DNA of 60,564 nucleotides, filler included, from Blastocystis sp. subtype 4 (lineage: Eukaryota), in the NCBI RefSeq assembly GCF_000743755.1. It is 2 parts of 2 records of this genome, joined end to end, with 100 filler letters (N's around TTAATTAATTAA, not from the genome) between each part and the next. Parts side by side here need not be neighbours in the genome. Positions count along the whole stretch, not along the records: positions 1 to 30,479 come from NW_014569430.1; 1 more part is not named here. The stretch is one strand, 5' to 3'. Every line of letters starts with the position of its first letter. The first letter of the stretch is position 1. This document shows, piece by piece, positions 1 through 12,343 of the stretch. A program made the position numbers and the translations under genes. The notes below the pieces were generated by a model, which ran no database searches, was not told the DNA's origin, and worked only from the letters and a program-made list of their open reading frames with translations.

Positions 1-72
1 ACCATCAGCAAGCAAGAGAGTAGCGAGGGCACAGACAACCTCGTCGTGTTCAGCAGGAGCAACAAAAGCCAT
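1..72 (-). CDS. RPLP1: 60S acidic ribosomal protein P1, 5' part (runs off window)
   Basis: Minus strand from ATG at 72 reads MAFVAPAEHDEVVCALATLLLADG, resembling the P1 N-terminus (ELAC.YAALIL.DDG). Confidence 0.7.
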   Translation of the reverse strand, partial: MAFVAPAEHDEVVCALATLLLADG

Positions 73-227
73 TCGTAGCCTAGTTATTTGTGGGAACAAT
101 AGAATTTGGGGTCTTGATACTAATGGGACCTTCATCAATATAACCACCTTTAATCCCTATTTTGAACAGCTATCAATCTTCCTATTTTGATCCTATTACA
201 TTATTTTCATTATTTCAACAAAAAGGA

Positions 228-946
228 TTAGTTTACTAGAAGAATATCCTTAATCCTTTGTACAACTTCATTTACGGGAGGTAGTCCACCTTTTCCAACA
301 TCACCACAGGCAAGAACCTTTTCTACAGGCTCGATGACTTGGACACCCCAACTTTTCAGTGTGGCCAACTGCTGACTTGTGAGCGGGTGGTTATACATCT
401 CAGTATTCATACAAGGAGCGACCTATGATAATAAACAGCACAGAAGGAGTACAAGAATTGGTTTTACCAGTCCCCATGCTCGAAATGTACTTAGAAGAAG
501 ATTATCACAAAGACCAACCGTCATTTTGGCTAGAGTGTTGGCAGTAAGAGGAATAATGGCAAGAAGATCATTATGCTTACGTAACTACAATAGATACTTG
601 ACGAATCAAATACATCAACATGAAGAACGGGATCCTTTTTCACTGATTTGTAATTGTCCCATTCATCATGATCTGTGTAGACTGGGATGTTGAGGGCTAG
701 GTATTCTTCATAGATTTGTGGATTATATCTACGAATAGCAGTAATGGATGAATTTAACTCTTTTGAAATGTTAAGGAAGTGAAGAGACGGTTGCGTAGCG
801 ATAATACTAACTTCAGCAAATTCATGCAGTTTGACACATAGTTCAGGTATCTACAGATTAGCAAAAACAAATTCACATACTTTGACGGTAGCTACACTTC
901 CTGTGATTCCTAGAACGACTCTAGGTCTATTCGTCGTAGAACTCAT
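228..946 (-). CDS. PPCDC: Phosphopantothenoylcysteine decarboxylase (HAL3/CoaC-like flavoprotein), multi-exon
   Basis: Exon 1 MSSTTNRPRVVLGITGSVATVK, then a 30-nt intron. C-terminal part PCMNTEMYNHP...KVLACGDVGKGGL matches HFCD family motifs. Confidence 0.9.
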
Positions 947-1002
947 AAGTGTATTGATTCTAGAAAGATTGTTAGGAAAAGAAACAAGGCAAAACAGATT
1001 GT

Positions 1003-2546
1003 CTACTCAGGAAGCGAGGAGTAAGCAACAGTCTTTTCGGAAAGAAGAGGACTCAACTGAGAATAAAGGCAATACAACTGGATAAAGAAATGAACAATAA
1101 GGAGACCCAAGCGAATCACAATACTGAAGTGATTAATAAACGGAACCACGTAGGCCACTAAATATGAAAGACCAAATAGACTACTTACAACCATGAGTGA
1201 AATGAAGAATCAGTAATATCCTCAATGATGTAGCACTACTGTATTTCATCCCCATAACAGCATTTGTTCCCTTGTTAAACCCAACCAAGATGATTACAAG
1301 AAGAAGGGTGTCGATGATGTAGAAGAAGAAATATCCCCACCGTGGTAACAGCGTTCCAGGGACAACTTCTCGTGAGAAAAGCCACACAAGACCAATGACT
1401 CCCGAAACAAGACATTTCACGATGGCCGATTTACAGAAGATCTTCTTCGAAATAGGCTGTAGGAAGGTGTGGACATAATATACAGTAGCAGAAATGCACA
1501 TAACCATGGGTTTAGCAAGGAAGAGGATGATGGTGATTATTCCCATGCAATAGAAATACAATCCTCCGAACGACTCGTTTAGCTGTTCTCTTATCGCTAA
1601 GAACACGTTACTCAACTCCCAGATGTAGTAGTATCCAAACCAATGGGTTGGAAGGAAGTAGGAACGATGACCTAAGGTGTATCGGTAGCTAATTGAGTAG
1701 ACAGGCATTGACGGATCATTGAGAGAACTGCAACTATACAGATCCCAATTGAACTTCTCGTACCACATCATCGAAGGAAAATTGACAAAATTCATATAAC
1801 GACGTAGATTGGAGCTATACATAAGCAAATTGAGGTAAAAATACTCATTCTTTTCGGCATCGCCCATTTCAAAAAGTGGACTTGCTTGGGATAATTCATA
1901 GAGTTCCGTAGAGTAATACCCATACCGATTGAAATAGCGATATTGTTCTGCAGTAGCTCTTGATCCAAGACAATCCGCAAAGATATTTTTCGTTTCTTCA
2001 TGACCAGGGGTAATCACAATCATATCATTGGAATAGAGCTAAACATGAGAGAACAACAGAGAGTAAACAAGAGGCTGTTCATCCTTCAAGCAAAGGTAAG
2101 AACACTCAAACAACGGATCCAGATTGTGCGTGAAGATTGTGTAATAATCCACGAAAATGACTCGTTTATATGTAGTCAGATCCCAGAGGGCGAGAATATT
2201 CATCGTTTTCTGCAGATCCGCCTTCACTGTTCTCTGGAGATAGGGATTAGGCAACTGCACAATATTCACCTTCATTCCATCCCTCTCCAAGGTCTGGATG
2301 TCACTCTTAGGTGTTGTATCAAGAGTTAGTACAATAAATTCGGCTTTGGACTTGATGGTGGTAAATGACTTATACATTGTCCGAATCCCAACAAAATCTG
2401 ATCTTGATAGTTTTCCATTCGGATAGTAGATAGTTACGAATGCATAACGGTCATCTGCTGCCATCGTCACTGGAATTGAAACCAGCAATAGAAGAAGAAC
2501 AATTCTATGCGTAACCAACCTAAATTGGCGAAGTACACTGATATCA
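1003..2546 (-). CDS. Glycosyltransferase family 8-like protein with C-terminal multi-TM region (PGSIP/IPUT1-like architecture); start uncertain
   Basis: YAFVTI, LWDLTTYKRVIFVD..TIF.HNLDPLF and MIVITP are GT8/glycogenin-type motifs. Hydrophobic C-terminal half. A 31-nt intron at 1158-1188 joins the last exon. Confidence 0.65.
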
Positions 2547-2590
2547 TGTTCGTTTATCTCCTTTGGAAGAATGATGTGAACAAACACAAC

Positions 2591-3760
2591 AATACTGATA
2601 CTCCCAAACATTCATTAAATGATTATAAAAAGAACAACTTGCTGCCACTCCATTTTTCACTTCATCTTCTGTTACATACACATAATCGACTCCATAAGCT
2701 AAGGATTCGCCACCTTGCTTTAAGTACTTCACTTCTTCTGTCTCAGCAGAACTCATCACAATAAAGCCAGCACGCATTGCTGCGAGAAGCAATTCATCTC
2801 TGGTTGCTGAGGACGAATGATCCACACCATTAGACCGATCCAAGAAGTAGTTGCAGTTATGTTTGTATTTTATTCTCCAGATTCCGGCATTGTTCTTCAC
2901 ATCATAGTCATGAACGGCATGTTGCAAAGCACGCTTATCAAACACACGGACATGACCATCATAACTCCCCACTGTGATGTAATCACTTCTATACTTGTTC
3001 CAACACATGGATGTAACTCCCGCTTCTGCTTCACGATTCACAGTCACTGGTTGCACATAGGTATCTACAATTCGCACGTCCCACTGTTTCAGTAAGCCAT
3101 CATCTCCACCACTAAACAAACAATTCTTGTCACTCGGATCAAATGAAGTGATCCACACCTCAGCAGGAGTGTGAACGTAGGGAAGTGTATGAGCTTTCCA
3201 CTTGTGCAGAACAGAAAGAGAGGCCTCTCGAGAACCACAAATGGACATTTCACCATTGGAAAGTGAAACTGCAATCAATGGATCTGGATCGGCTATCATT
3301 TGATTGCTCCAGTCTACACTGAGACAAATCGTCGACTCTGAATCGATAAGCAGTCGTTCTTTCTCCTTCCACTGATTACCTATTGTTGTAGAAAGATCCA
3401 GTGACAACAAAGAGAGAGTTCCATCTGAAAGAGCAACTGCTAATGAATGGTTGTCGCCTACTTTCTCTGGATTGAATTTCATATCTAGAACTCCAGGAAC
3501 ATCAATTTTGGATAATGTTTGAATAGATTTATCGACTTTCTACGACTTACATCCCAATTTCACTCCCTACACTCAACTGATGTAATGTAATGCTTCCATG
3601 CCGTGTTCTTGTAGTTTCATCCAGTTGATATGTTCCGGATAAGAAGTAACCTGTGCATTCACTCTCACCATGTTGTAATACCACTATAACTATTTGGAAT
3701 TGCTTCAACGGAATCAGCGAAAATAGTTGTGTCGTATTCAAAGAGAGTGGAATGACTCAT
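2591..3760 (-). CDS. DPH7: Diphthine methylesterase / WD40 protein DPH7 (WDR85)
   Basis: ADSVE, SGTYQL, ICLSVDWS, SGGDD, GSYD, GIWRIK, ESLAYGVD and SCSFYNH motifs. Stop predicted to be completed by poly(A) at 2591. Confidence 0.88.
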
Positions 3761-3792
3761 AAGAAACAATGTGGAAAAGATGCTACAAAAGA

Positions 3793-5775
3793 TTAATTAC
3801 AATGAAAATCAAACTCGAAGCCATTCACATTGATAATCCTATCGCGATATTCATCAATGTTTGCTGCTGTGAGTTTGATCAAAGAACGTCTAGTTAATTT
3901 CTACACATTATTCTAAGATCATTTCACTAACTTTCTTTGTGAACGGGCATGTGTTCTTAGGATTTCGATTCAACACTTTCATCCATGAGTCATATCTCAC
4001 TATCAATCCTTTTATTCAATTTCCTACCCCATAACGTGTCCATAAGGTGATATTGCAGGTTTTACAACTGGCATAACAGTCATTGGGTCAATGAAATCCT
4101 ATCCATTATGTTCCTATCCAATCATTACAGGTAATACATTCTCTTCCTCTTCTTCTTCCACGTGCAAATTCATATCATCAAGTTCCTCACTGTCATCAGA
4201 AGAGAATCTCTTGCGTTTTGAATTCTTACGTACCAATGTACTGTTTCCTCGCTTATCACGGAACTTAAACACAAGTTTTCCATTACTATCAAAAGTATAA
4301 TTCTCATCCTTAATCTCTCCTTCCTTAATCAGTTGACGGTAAAAGTTACTGCACTGATATCCAACACGTCCAGGGATATTCATTGAAAAGATACCCCACT
4401 AATGATAACACTTCCTATCAAACACATACTTGGTAATCAACACCCTTCTCACGCACAAGTTTAAGAAACAATGATTTGTCTTTAGAACTCCACTTTCCTG
4501 TTGCTTGAGGCTCACCAGGATCATTGAAGCGATAGTAGTACTGATTGGGGTTCTTCTCTCTGTTCCTGAAGGCCTTGATTCGAGCTTCACTCCAGCCTAG
4601 CTGCCGAAGTGTCTCGGCTTTGATCTTCTGAGACGTTCCTCCTGAGAGAGCTCGAAACAAATCTGCTTCTTCTATTCCTTATCACTTCCATCGAATCAAA
4701 CTGGTAAGCATAGACTTTGATAGACGAGAACGCTTTGAAGAAGTGCTGGAATCTGACCCATCGTACTCCGATGAACTCGATTCATCTGCCGAAGTCTCTT
4801 TATGATTCCGCTTCCCAGACCTGCGTTTCTTGGCAGATGAAACCACAGACTCTGTCTGAGATGACGGAGTGGAAAGGTCTGTTGTCGCTTCTGTTTTAGA
4901 GCTATCTTCCCTCGAGAAAAGCTTATCTGTATCAGTCTCCTTGAGAGGAGACTGCGGTGCCTTTTCTTCAGAAGAATGAGTTTGTACACTAGCAAGCTGT
5001 TTTTCAGGTCCATGTATAACACTTACCATAATAAGGGCATCGTCAAGGCACAAACGAGGCACTTTTCGATCTGTTCTGGCTACTCTGTGTCGGCTACATC
5101 GCTCAGAGGAACTGTAGCTATCACTGTCATTTGTGTCCTGATGGTCCGAATAATCGGATGACACGTGATGGATATGAACTTTCAATTCCCAGTTGTCACT
5201 ATCGTCCGAGTTAACAATATCCTCTGGCTCGTAAGAGAGAGCATCCCGAAGTTCTTGACGTTTATCTACGTACTACAGCTCAGATTTGAGAGAATTGAAC
5301 AAACCATAATCGTATCCATGTCCAGAGGAGCCTCTCCAGAAGACATAGCGATTACAGTAGCCTTATACTCGGCATCCTCCAGAAGACGCTTGATCGCCAG
5401 TAACTATCTTGTTAGCCACATGAACCGTCTCCTACTTCGTTATCATGACAGGAATCAATAGCTAACTGAGCAGTTTTGGCGTCGATGTCTGGGAGATGTT
5501 TTTGCACATCAAGGATCTACGTGTATGAAACAAGGAACATGTGGCCATACCTTACGATTCTTTTGATTGCTATTATATACACGAAATTGTTCTTGATACA
5601 AATGCAATCTCTCTTCAGCAATTCGCTACAATATCGTCAGCAAATAGTTCGAGGACAAAAACCATACCAAATACCCTACTTTCTGTTCTTCCGACATCCC
5701 AACCATGAACTCGTTATTCTCAAAGTCCTCAAACTCACTCACCAGATTGGAACAAGAATCTTCTTCACCCACCAT
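3793..5775 (-). CDS. Myb/SANT-like domain protein with C-terminal U-box-like module, multi-exon
   Basis: NPNQYYYRFNDPGE..GKWS...WGIFSMNIPGRVGYQCSNFYR, then FIDPMT...PAISPYGHV..CPFTKK. Several ~30-nt introns join the ORF fragments. Confidence 0.7.
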
Positions 5776-5974
5776 AAGTTATTCTCGGTTTTTGAATTGT
5801 TTTTTAGAACAAGTTGCCGCCGTTTTTCGCACCAAAGTCTTAGATTTTGATTTCTTTCCCCTTAATTGATTTCAACGGATTCGGTGAAAAAATCTGAGAA
5901 GAAAGAAATGAGGACGAATTGAATGGTCTTGTAAATCCACATTGTTTCACAGAGTTGGATGAAGATATGAGAAA

Positions 5975-6839
5975 ATGAGGGTTTCAGATTTTTCTGCAAT
6001 CACAACTATTCAAATCTTCATCGTCTCTATTCTAGTTTTATTATGTCTGTTTCAAAGATCCAAGAATTATATGCAAAAGGGTAAACTTAAAATAAGAAGA
6101 CAAAATCGTAGAATCTCTCCATGGCTCGAAAATCATCTGAAGAAGACAAAGAACCGGTCCCTTATACCAATATATAAGGAGTATCTAAACGATTCTTTCA
6201 ATCTCTATGGACTCGAGCCAAACGGGGTTTCTTTAGCATCCGTTATGGATATTATCACAGGAAAGCAAATCTTTGACGGTATTTACTATTTGTGAAGATG
6301 ATAGACAGAAGACGATTTTGAAGGTACAGACTTAGATCGTGAGACGGAAATAATCTATTCATTAATTCACCAGCGATTTCTCACAACCGAGATAGGGATG
6401 AAGCTAATTGTTTTCCTCTTTAAAATCGATAACTTGTAGTACGATCGTTATATTTACGGATATTATGGAACATGTCCCTGTTATCGATGTCAACATGCTC
6501 GACTCCTTCCTACAGGATTATCGAATTCCTATGGAGTTGAAAGTCTAAAATTGTATTGTCCATGCTGTAGAGAAGTTTATTCTACGAACCCGCCGTATGA
6601 TCGTCATTTCATCCTCTCTCCATTATATATAGAGCTTGATGGTGCTAGTTTCGGTACAACATTCTGTCATCTATTTTTCCTTACACACCCGTTGTTGGTC
6701 GCACAACCGGAACCCATGTACCAACCGACCATCTTTGGATATCGTATTCATCCTTCAAGGTAAGAGTGATCTGTATTTGTCAGTGATAGCCCCTATTATC
6801 AGCTATCAGAAAAGCAGAAGAAACGGCTTGATAAAAGAT
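5975..6839 (+). CDS. CKB: Casein kinase II regulatory (beta) subunit; start uncertain
   Basis: YLNDSFNLYGL, YSLIHQRFL, YGTCPCYRC, LYCPCC, DGASFGTTF and YQPTIFGYRIH. Last exon follows a 30-nt intron (6760-6789). Confidence 0.85.
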
Positions 6840-6889
6840 ATCTTGTTTGTTGTCAAACAATTGGTCCAGTTCCTTTTGAAGCTGAAGTG

Positions 6890-8912
6890 ATGGATCAGGA
6901 AACCAAGTATAGAGAGTTGTGTGAGAAGATGGAAATCCTTCTTTCGGCTCCGAAGAGGGATTATGACGAGATTAAGACAACTGCTGGAGGATTCTTGTCA
7001 ATTCATAAATCTTTTCCATCCCATCTCCGATTTAAGATATGGGAGGTTCTTTTAGATGTAGCAGATCGTGTATGTGTTATTTGCAAAAACTGATTGTTAG
7101 ACGGAACCTGATTATGAACTGATGACAAAAACCCAAGCTGTAACGATTGAATGTATTGATAAATGGTAGCGGTTCAGTAATGATCATGTTCTTACTCTGG
7201 ATGTGGATCGTTCGTTCAATATGGTCGAGGAACCTAAGAAAACCGAGCTCCGTAACCAACTTACAACCATCATCTCTACCTATTGTGCTAAATATGGAGT
7301 GTCCTATTGGCAAGGGATGCACGACATGGTTGCAGTGATGCTACTCATGGATCCTCAGCCTCCGATGGACCGGATTTTCCTCCTATTCTCCATGTTTCTT
7401 CAGACATTTCTTCCCTATGTTTTTGATGACCGTGATTGTCTCTTTCTAAAACATCTCTTTGAAATGATCCGTCTTCTTCTACAGTATCACGATCCCCGTC
7501 GTTGTATTCTCCTTTCCTAATCTCTAGAATTAGCGCTTCATCTTCAGAAACATCACATCATTCCAGCTATTTATTCTCCCTCATGGCTATTAACCCTCTT
7601 CTCTCATGATATCTCTCAGCCTCTTTTGCTATCTATTTGGGACCAATACATATTTTACAAGAACCCTGCAACACACGTTTTTACCATTCTTGCTCATCTC
7701 ATCTCCAATGAGGCTCGTATTTTGGCATATCCTTCAAGCGAGCTTTTGGAACTAATGACACATCTTCCTTTTGAGAATGACGCTGTCGATCATGTGTTTG
7801 AGGATCACGATGAAGAGATTGTCCATATTGAACGGGAACGGAAATGTGATGAAACTATCATTACAGATGTAGTTTTGGAAGGAATTAAGCTGATGCAGCG
7901 AACTCCTCCTGGATTCGTCCATCGTCTCAATGACATTTTGAATGATCGAGTTACAGTATCTTTGGAGTCTTTAGAAGCCTATGGGAATACTCCATGCTTA
8001 TTGGCCACTCCCGTTGAAATATATACATTTTTGCTTCGTGGAATTGAGAGAAATACGAATTGTTTACATTATCTGATTCTGGACACACGTAGCTATGCAT
8101 CCTTCAAACATCGGCATCTTACTCAATCCAAGAATGTATCAAAACAAACATTACTGAATTTAGAGAAAATTGATATGGTTGTTCGGAAATCTCGTTCTCA
8201 TGATTATCATATTGTAATTTTGGATAATGGAGGAGAGATTCGAACTGAGGGAGATGTTTGTGGTCAATTAGTTGATATGTTGTTAAGACGAGGATGCAGA
8301 TACATTAGTAAAGTAGTAGGAGGATTTGATCGTGTGTTTAAGTTCATTGAAATGGAAGAGAATTCATATAGACCAGATCTAGTTACAGAAGAGAAAGGAA
8401 TTGTGCAACGTATGGACATTGTGCCTGAATAACGTCTAGAAGGCGAAGAAGAGACATGGGAGCGCCCGAATGAATTAGTTCCTGTTCACCAACGAAAGGG
8501 AACGATTAAGATGATTGATGGGAAGCAATGTCTTCAATATGAAAATTGGTTATCAAATCCTCTGGTAAAGTCGTTTGTCTGTAAGAAAGTGACAAAAGTG
8601 GTAAAAGATGGAAAGGAGTCGTTTGTGTCCAGTTCAGAGAAGACTATGGTGCTTACGACCTCCTTCTTGTTTGTAATAGATATTGCTCATTGTTCGGAGA
8701 AAGGATATGCGATTATCGAGAGTCGATATAACTATTCTTCAGTGGAATCGGTGCGAGCAGGTGAAAGTTGGAGATAGTAATCATTTGTAGCTGGAAAGGA
8801 GTATATCTACATGGTCGTATCTTCAGCTCAAAATGGACAGAAGAAGAAACTGTTGTACTATGTCTCGATGCGTGATACATGTCTTGAGGAACTTCAACGG
8901 CGTATTCAGTGA
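6890..8912 (+). CDS. TBC1D23: TBC (RabGAP) plus rhodanese-like domain protein, TBC1D23-like
   Basis: LTLDVDRS, YWQGMHD and LLQYHDP (TBC). LILDTRS...H and VVGGF (rhodanese). Beta-rich C-terminal domain. Confidence 0.7.
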
Positions 8913-8989
8913 TTTTGTGTAGTTTTGTTTGTTCAGTAATTAAGTAGCTTCAGTAACTCCCCTTAGATTTATAGTCGGAGTTATTTCGT

Positions 8990-9619
8990 ATGTCAGCAGA
9001 AACACTTTTGAAGCTAGGAGGCACCCAAAACAAGGCGTGGGTGGAGTGTAGGGTGTTATCGTTTGTTTGAACTGTAAAGCATCTGGAAAGTCCGTTGGAA
9101 TGAAGTTAATGAAAAGAATGGGATGGAAGGAAGGCGAGGGACTTGGAAAGGATGGTGATGGTCAACAGACTCATATCCATATTAAACGTCGTACCGATAA
9201 TCAAGGTACTCCATTATAATGGATGAATAAGCTGTAGGTTTGGGTTTGTCTGATAACGAGGTAAACAAGACTTTTATTTCGACAATTGGGAACTTCAACG
9301 ATGTTTTGCAGAGTCTGAATAAGGAACATTCGGGTAATGATGGACTATCAAAATCACTCTTAGATGTGATTAAAAAGATGAAAAAACGTGAAAGAAAGTT
9401 GAAAAAGAAGGAGGAAAAGCGGAAGGAGGGAAAGCAGGAAGAAAAGAAAGAAAAGAAACACCACAAACCGAAAGTCGCTCATAAGTAGGATTATCACGTT
9501 GTTATTTTCTCCGTAGATATCAGAAAGTTTTACGGAACAAAACGGTAAGTACTTATTCAACCGAAGATCTGAATGCCATTCTGGGCATCTCTCCCATCGA
9601 AGAGGATAGTTCTTGTTAG
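8990..9619 (+). CDS. PINX1: G-patch protein PINX1/Pxr1-like
   Basis: VGMKLMKRMGWKEGEGLGKDGDG G-patch, Lys-rich segment, and STYSTEDLNAILG tail motif. Confidence 0.75.
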
Positions 9620-9632
9620 AAAACAGTGTTTA

Positions 9633-10217
9633 CTAAACAGACGAGTCACTATCACTCTCTACATAGAACCGACGACGATTGGGATTTCGCCCGAGATCGA
9701 AATCACTATCGCCATCCTCCGACACATCCTCAGCAGCGTCTTCACTAGGATTTTCAACCGTATCTTCCTCAGGTTCTTCAGGTTTGGACTTGGTTTCTGA
9801 CCAGACTTCCGGCCTAAGAATGATCCGACATCATCCATACATACCAAAGTCCTTCTTTTTTAATGTGATTGATCTGATCCTTCATCAAAATGTGTTGGAT
9901 CATCGCCTCCACACCATTCTGTTTCCCAGAAGCGGTTGTGAATTGTCCTTCTGACCCCGAAACAATCACATAGTCGCCCCTTTTCATCCAAATCAACTTA
10001 TTGAACTTGGTTGGAAGAATGGCCAAAGACTTAGTACCATTAGCCAATTCGATCTTCAGGTGAACCAACAAGAACAAGCATCTACTTCAAACATATTACC
10101 ACCTCGAGAACCGATGATCCGAGCAATAAACTCTCCTTCTTCTGGAATCGGATACTCATCCAAAACAGCCGATGTGACACCTTTACGATACGATGTTTTT
10201 CGCTTCTGGAAGGACAT
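9633..10217 (-). CDS. EIF1AD: eIF1A domain-containing protein
   Basis: IARIIGSRGGNMFE...LAILPTKFNKLIWMKRGDYVIV...QINHIKKEGLWP and an acidic tail with NPNRR. Confidence 0.88.
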
Positions 10218-10277
10218 TCTTGCTGGGTTATGATGTGAATTACCCCTTATATAGCTATTGTAAGAAGGACTTTTGTA

Positions 10278-10361
10278 GCATGTTTGCCCGAGAGGTCCAA
10301 GGGGTCAGGTTTAGGTCCTGATGTGTTCAGTCACTCGAGGGTTCAAACCCCTCAGCATGCA
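10278..10361 (+). tRNA. tRNA-Leu (anticodon UAG)
   Basis: Acceptor GCATGTT/AGCATGC-A, anticodon arm TCAGG-TTTAGGT-CCTGA, long variable arm, T arm GAGGG-TTCAAAC-CCCTC, followed by TTTTT. Confidence 0.93.
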
Positions 10362-10379
10362 TTTTTCCTTTTCTCTAGA

Positions 10380-12256
10380 ATGCTAAGACATTCTGTTTCC
10401 ACTTCTCTCCGTCGTTTTAGCACTGTTACACCTGTTCTGTTAGATAGTATCAGTGGATTGCAAAAGGAGATCAGACAACATGGAGACTATTATTCGTGGT
10501 ATAGTTGTGGTCCTACAGTCTATGATTCTTCGCATGTGGGACATGCAAGAACGTATATGGAGATTGATCTTCTTCAGCGCATTTTAAGTACACAGTTTGG
10601 TATCAACATTTATTCTGCTATGGGTATTACTACAATTGACGACAAGATTCTTCGCAAGTCGAAAGAGACAAATGTAGCATGGAAAGAAATTGCTGCAAAG
10701 TATGAAGGGGAGTTCTTTGATGATATGCGCCGTTTGAATGTGATGAAACCCATGTCTGTGATTCGAGTCGACGAGAATATTCCTGAGATTTGTGACTTCA
10801 TTAAAGTCCTCGTTGATAAGGATATTGCCTACGTCACTCCATCCGGTGTCTACTTTGACACACAATCTCCTCATTATTCCTATTCAAAGCTAGTTCCTCC
10901 TGTAGTTGATGCAGACACGCAGAGTCGTCTAGTTCCTGATATCGCAAAGCGACATCCCCATGACTTTGCCTTGTGGAAGAAGTATCCAGATACGGTTGTA
11001 GGTGGAATGTCGACCACATGGCCCTCACCTTGGGGTTCCGGTTTGCCTGGTTGGCATATAGAGTGTTCGACTAATTGTCAAGTGCTGTTCGGAAGTACAT
11101 TAGATGTAAGAACGAATGATGATTATAAATCAATAGATGCACACTGGTGGGATTGACTTGCGTTTCCCACATCACTGTAATGAGATTGCGCAATGTGAAG
11201 CGTATAATGGATCAAAGTGGTGTAATCACATGCTCCACATTGGACATATGTGAGATTGGATGATTTGATTGATCATAGATACATCGAAGGTCGGAAGATG
11301 TCCAAATCGCTTAAGAATTTCATCACAATTTCGGAAATGCTAAAAGATTATTCAGGAGACGATTTCCGTATGTTCTGCATGATGAATCATTATGATGCGC
11401 GAATTCAGTTGGATGACAACGGTTTGCAGAGAGCCCAACAGATATGGACAAATCTAAAAAATGTAGTCAACAAAATGATTGGTAAATCATAGTCTATTCG
11501 TTTGCTTCAGAATGAACTGGCAAAAACAGACTCAAATTCTGATACTATATCACATCAAACCGTAAATGAATGGGTGCGACAGCTTGGGTTGATGAAGACA
11601 GAAATCACCTCTTTTTTTGCCAACGATATGAATACATATCAAGTAGTGATGACTCTCCAGAAGAGTCTCCAGTTTGCTACCGAAAGGCTTCTGAAGGACC
11701 GTCACTCGGTTCCTCCTCAGCCGGCTTCGGCACTTCTGACATATGTGTGTGGTTTGTTGCGAGATCTTGGGTTCACAGAGTTGGAGCAAAAGCAGCAGAG
11801 TGATTTTTCAGGAATGGTGGATGAGTTGTGTCGCTTCCGAAGTGGGGTGAGACAGAGTTGTATTCAAGAGAACAATTCTCGGATCCGCGAGGATGTGTTG
11901 AAATTGTGCGACGACTTGCGAATAAAGGTAAGGGAGGTGAAAGAGTGTTGATCGAGTAGATGTCCGAAGAACACTCAGTTTCGATTATAGACGGCAGTCC
12001 ATCTGTCTTGTGGGTTCCTGGAAAACTCCAAACAAAGAAACCAGTGTCGAAGTCGAAACCAGTGTTAACTCCGGACATTCCGCCAGAAGTTATGTTTAGA
12101 AAGAGTGGCGAGTATTCAGAGTTTGATTCAAATGGGATTCCCACTCATGACAAGAATGGCAAACCGCTTTCAGCAACCAAGCTCAAGAAGTTACACAAAC
12201 AATATGAAACCCATAAGGCAATTCACCAGAAATGGCTTAGTCAGAAACATACATAA
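10380..12256 (+). CDS. CARS: Cysteine--tRNA ligase with predicted organellar presequence
   Basis: [39 protein letters not shown] and KMSKS. N-terminus [15 protein letters not shown]. Confidence 0.93.
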
Positions 12257-12343
12257 TTATTTGTTTGTTGCTATCATTCCTTGTTCAGTTGCAGATTATT
12301 TCTTCTGCTTGTTTGAATAGTATTGGAAAAAACTGATTAGAGA

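Noticed and set aside
10284..10379. N-terminal extension of the CysRS ORF from TTG
   Set aside because: This sequence is the tRNA-Leu gene. ATG 10380 gives a plausible presequence.
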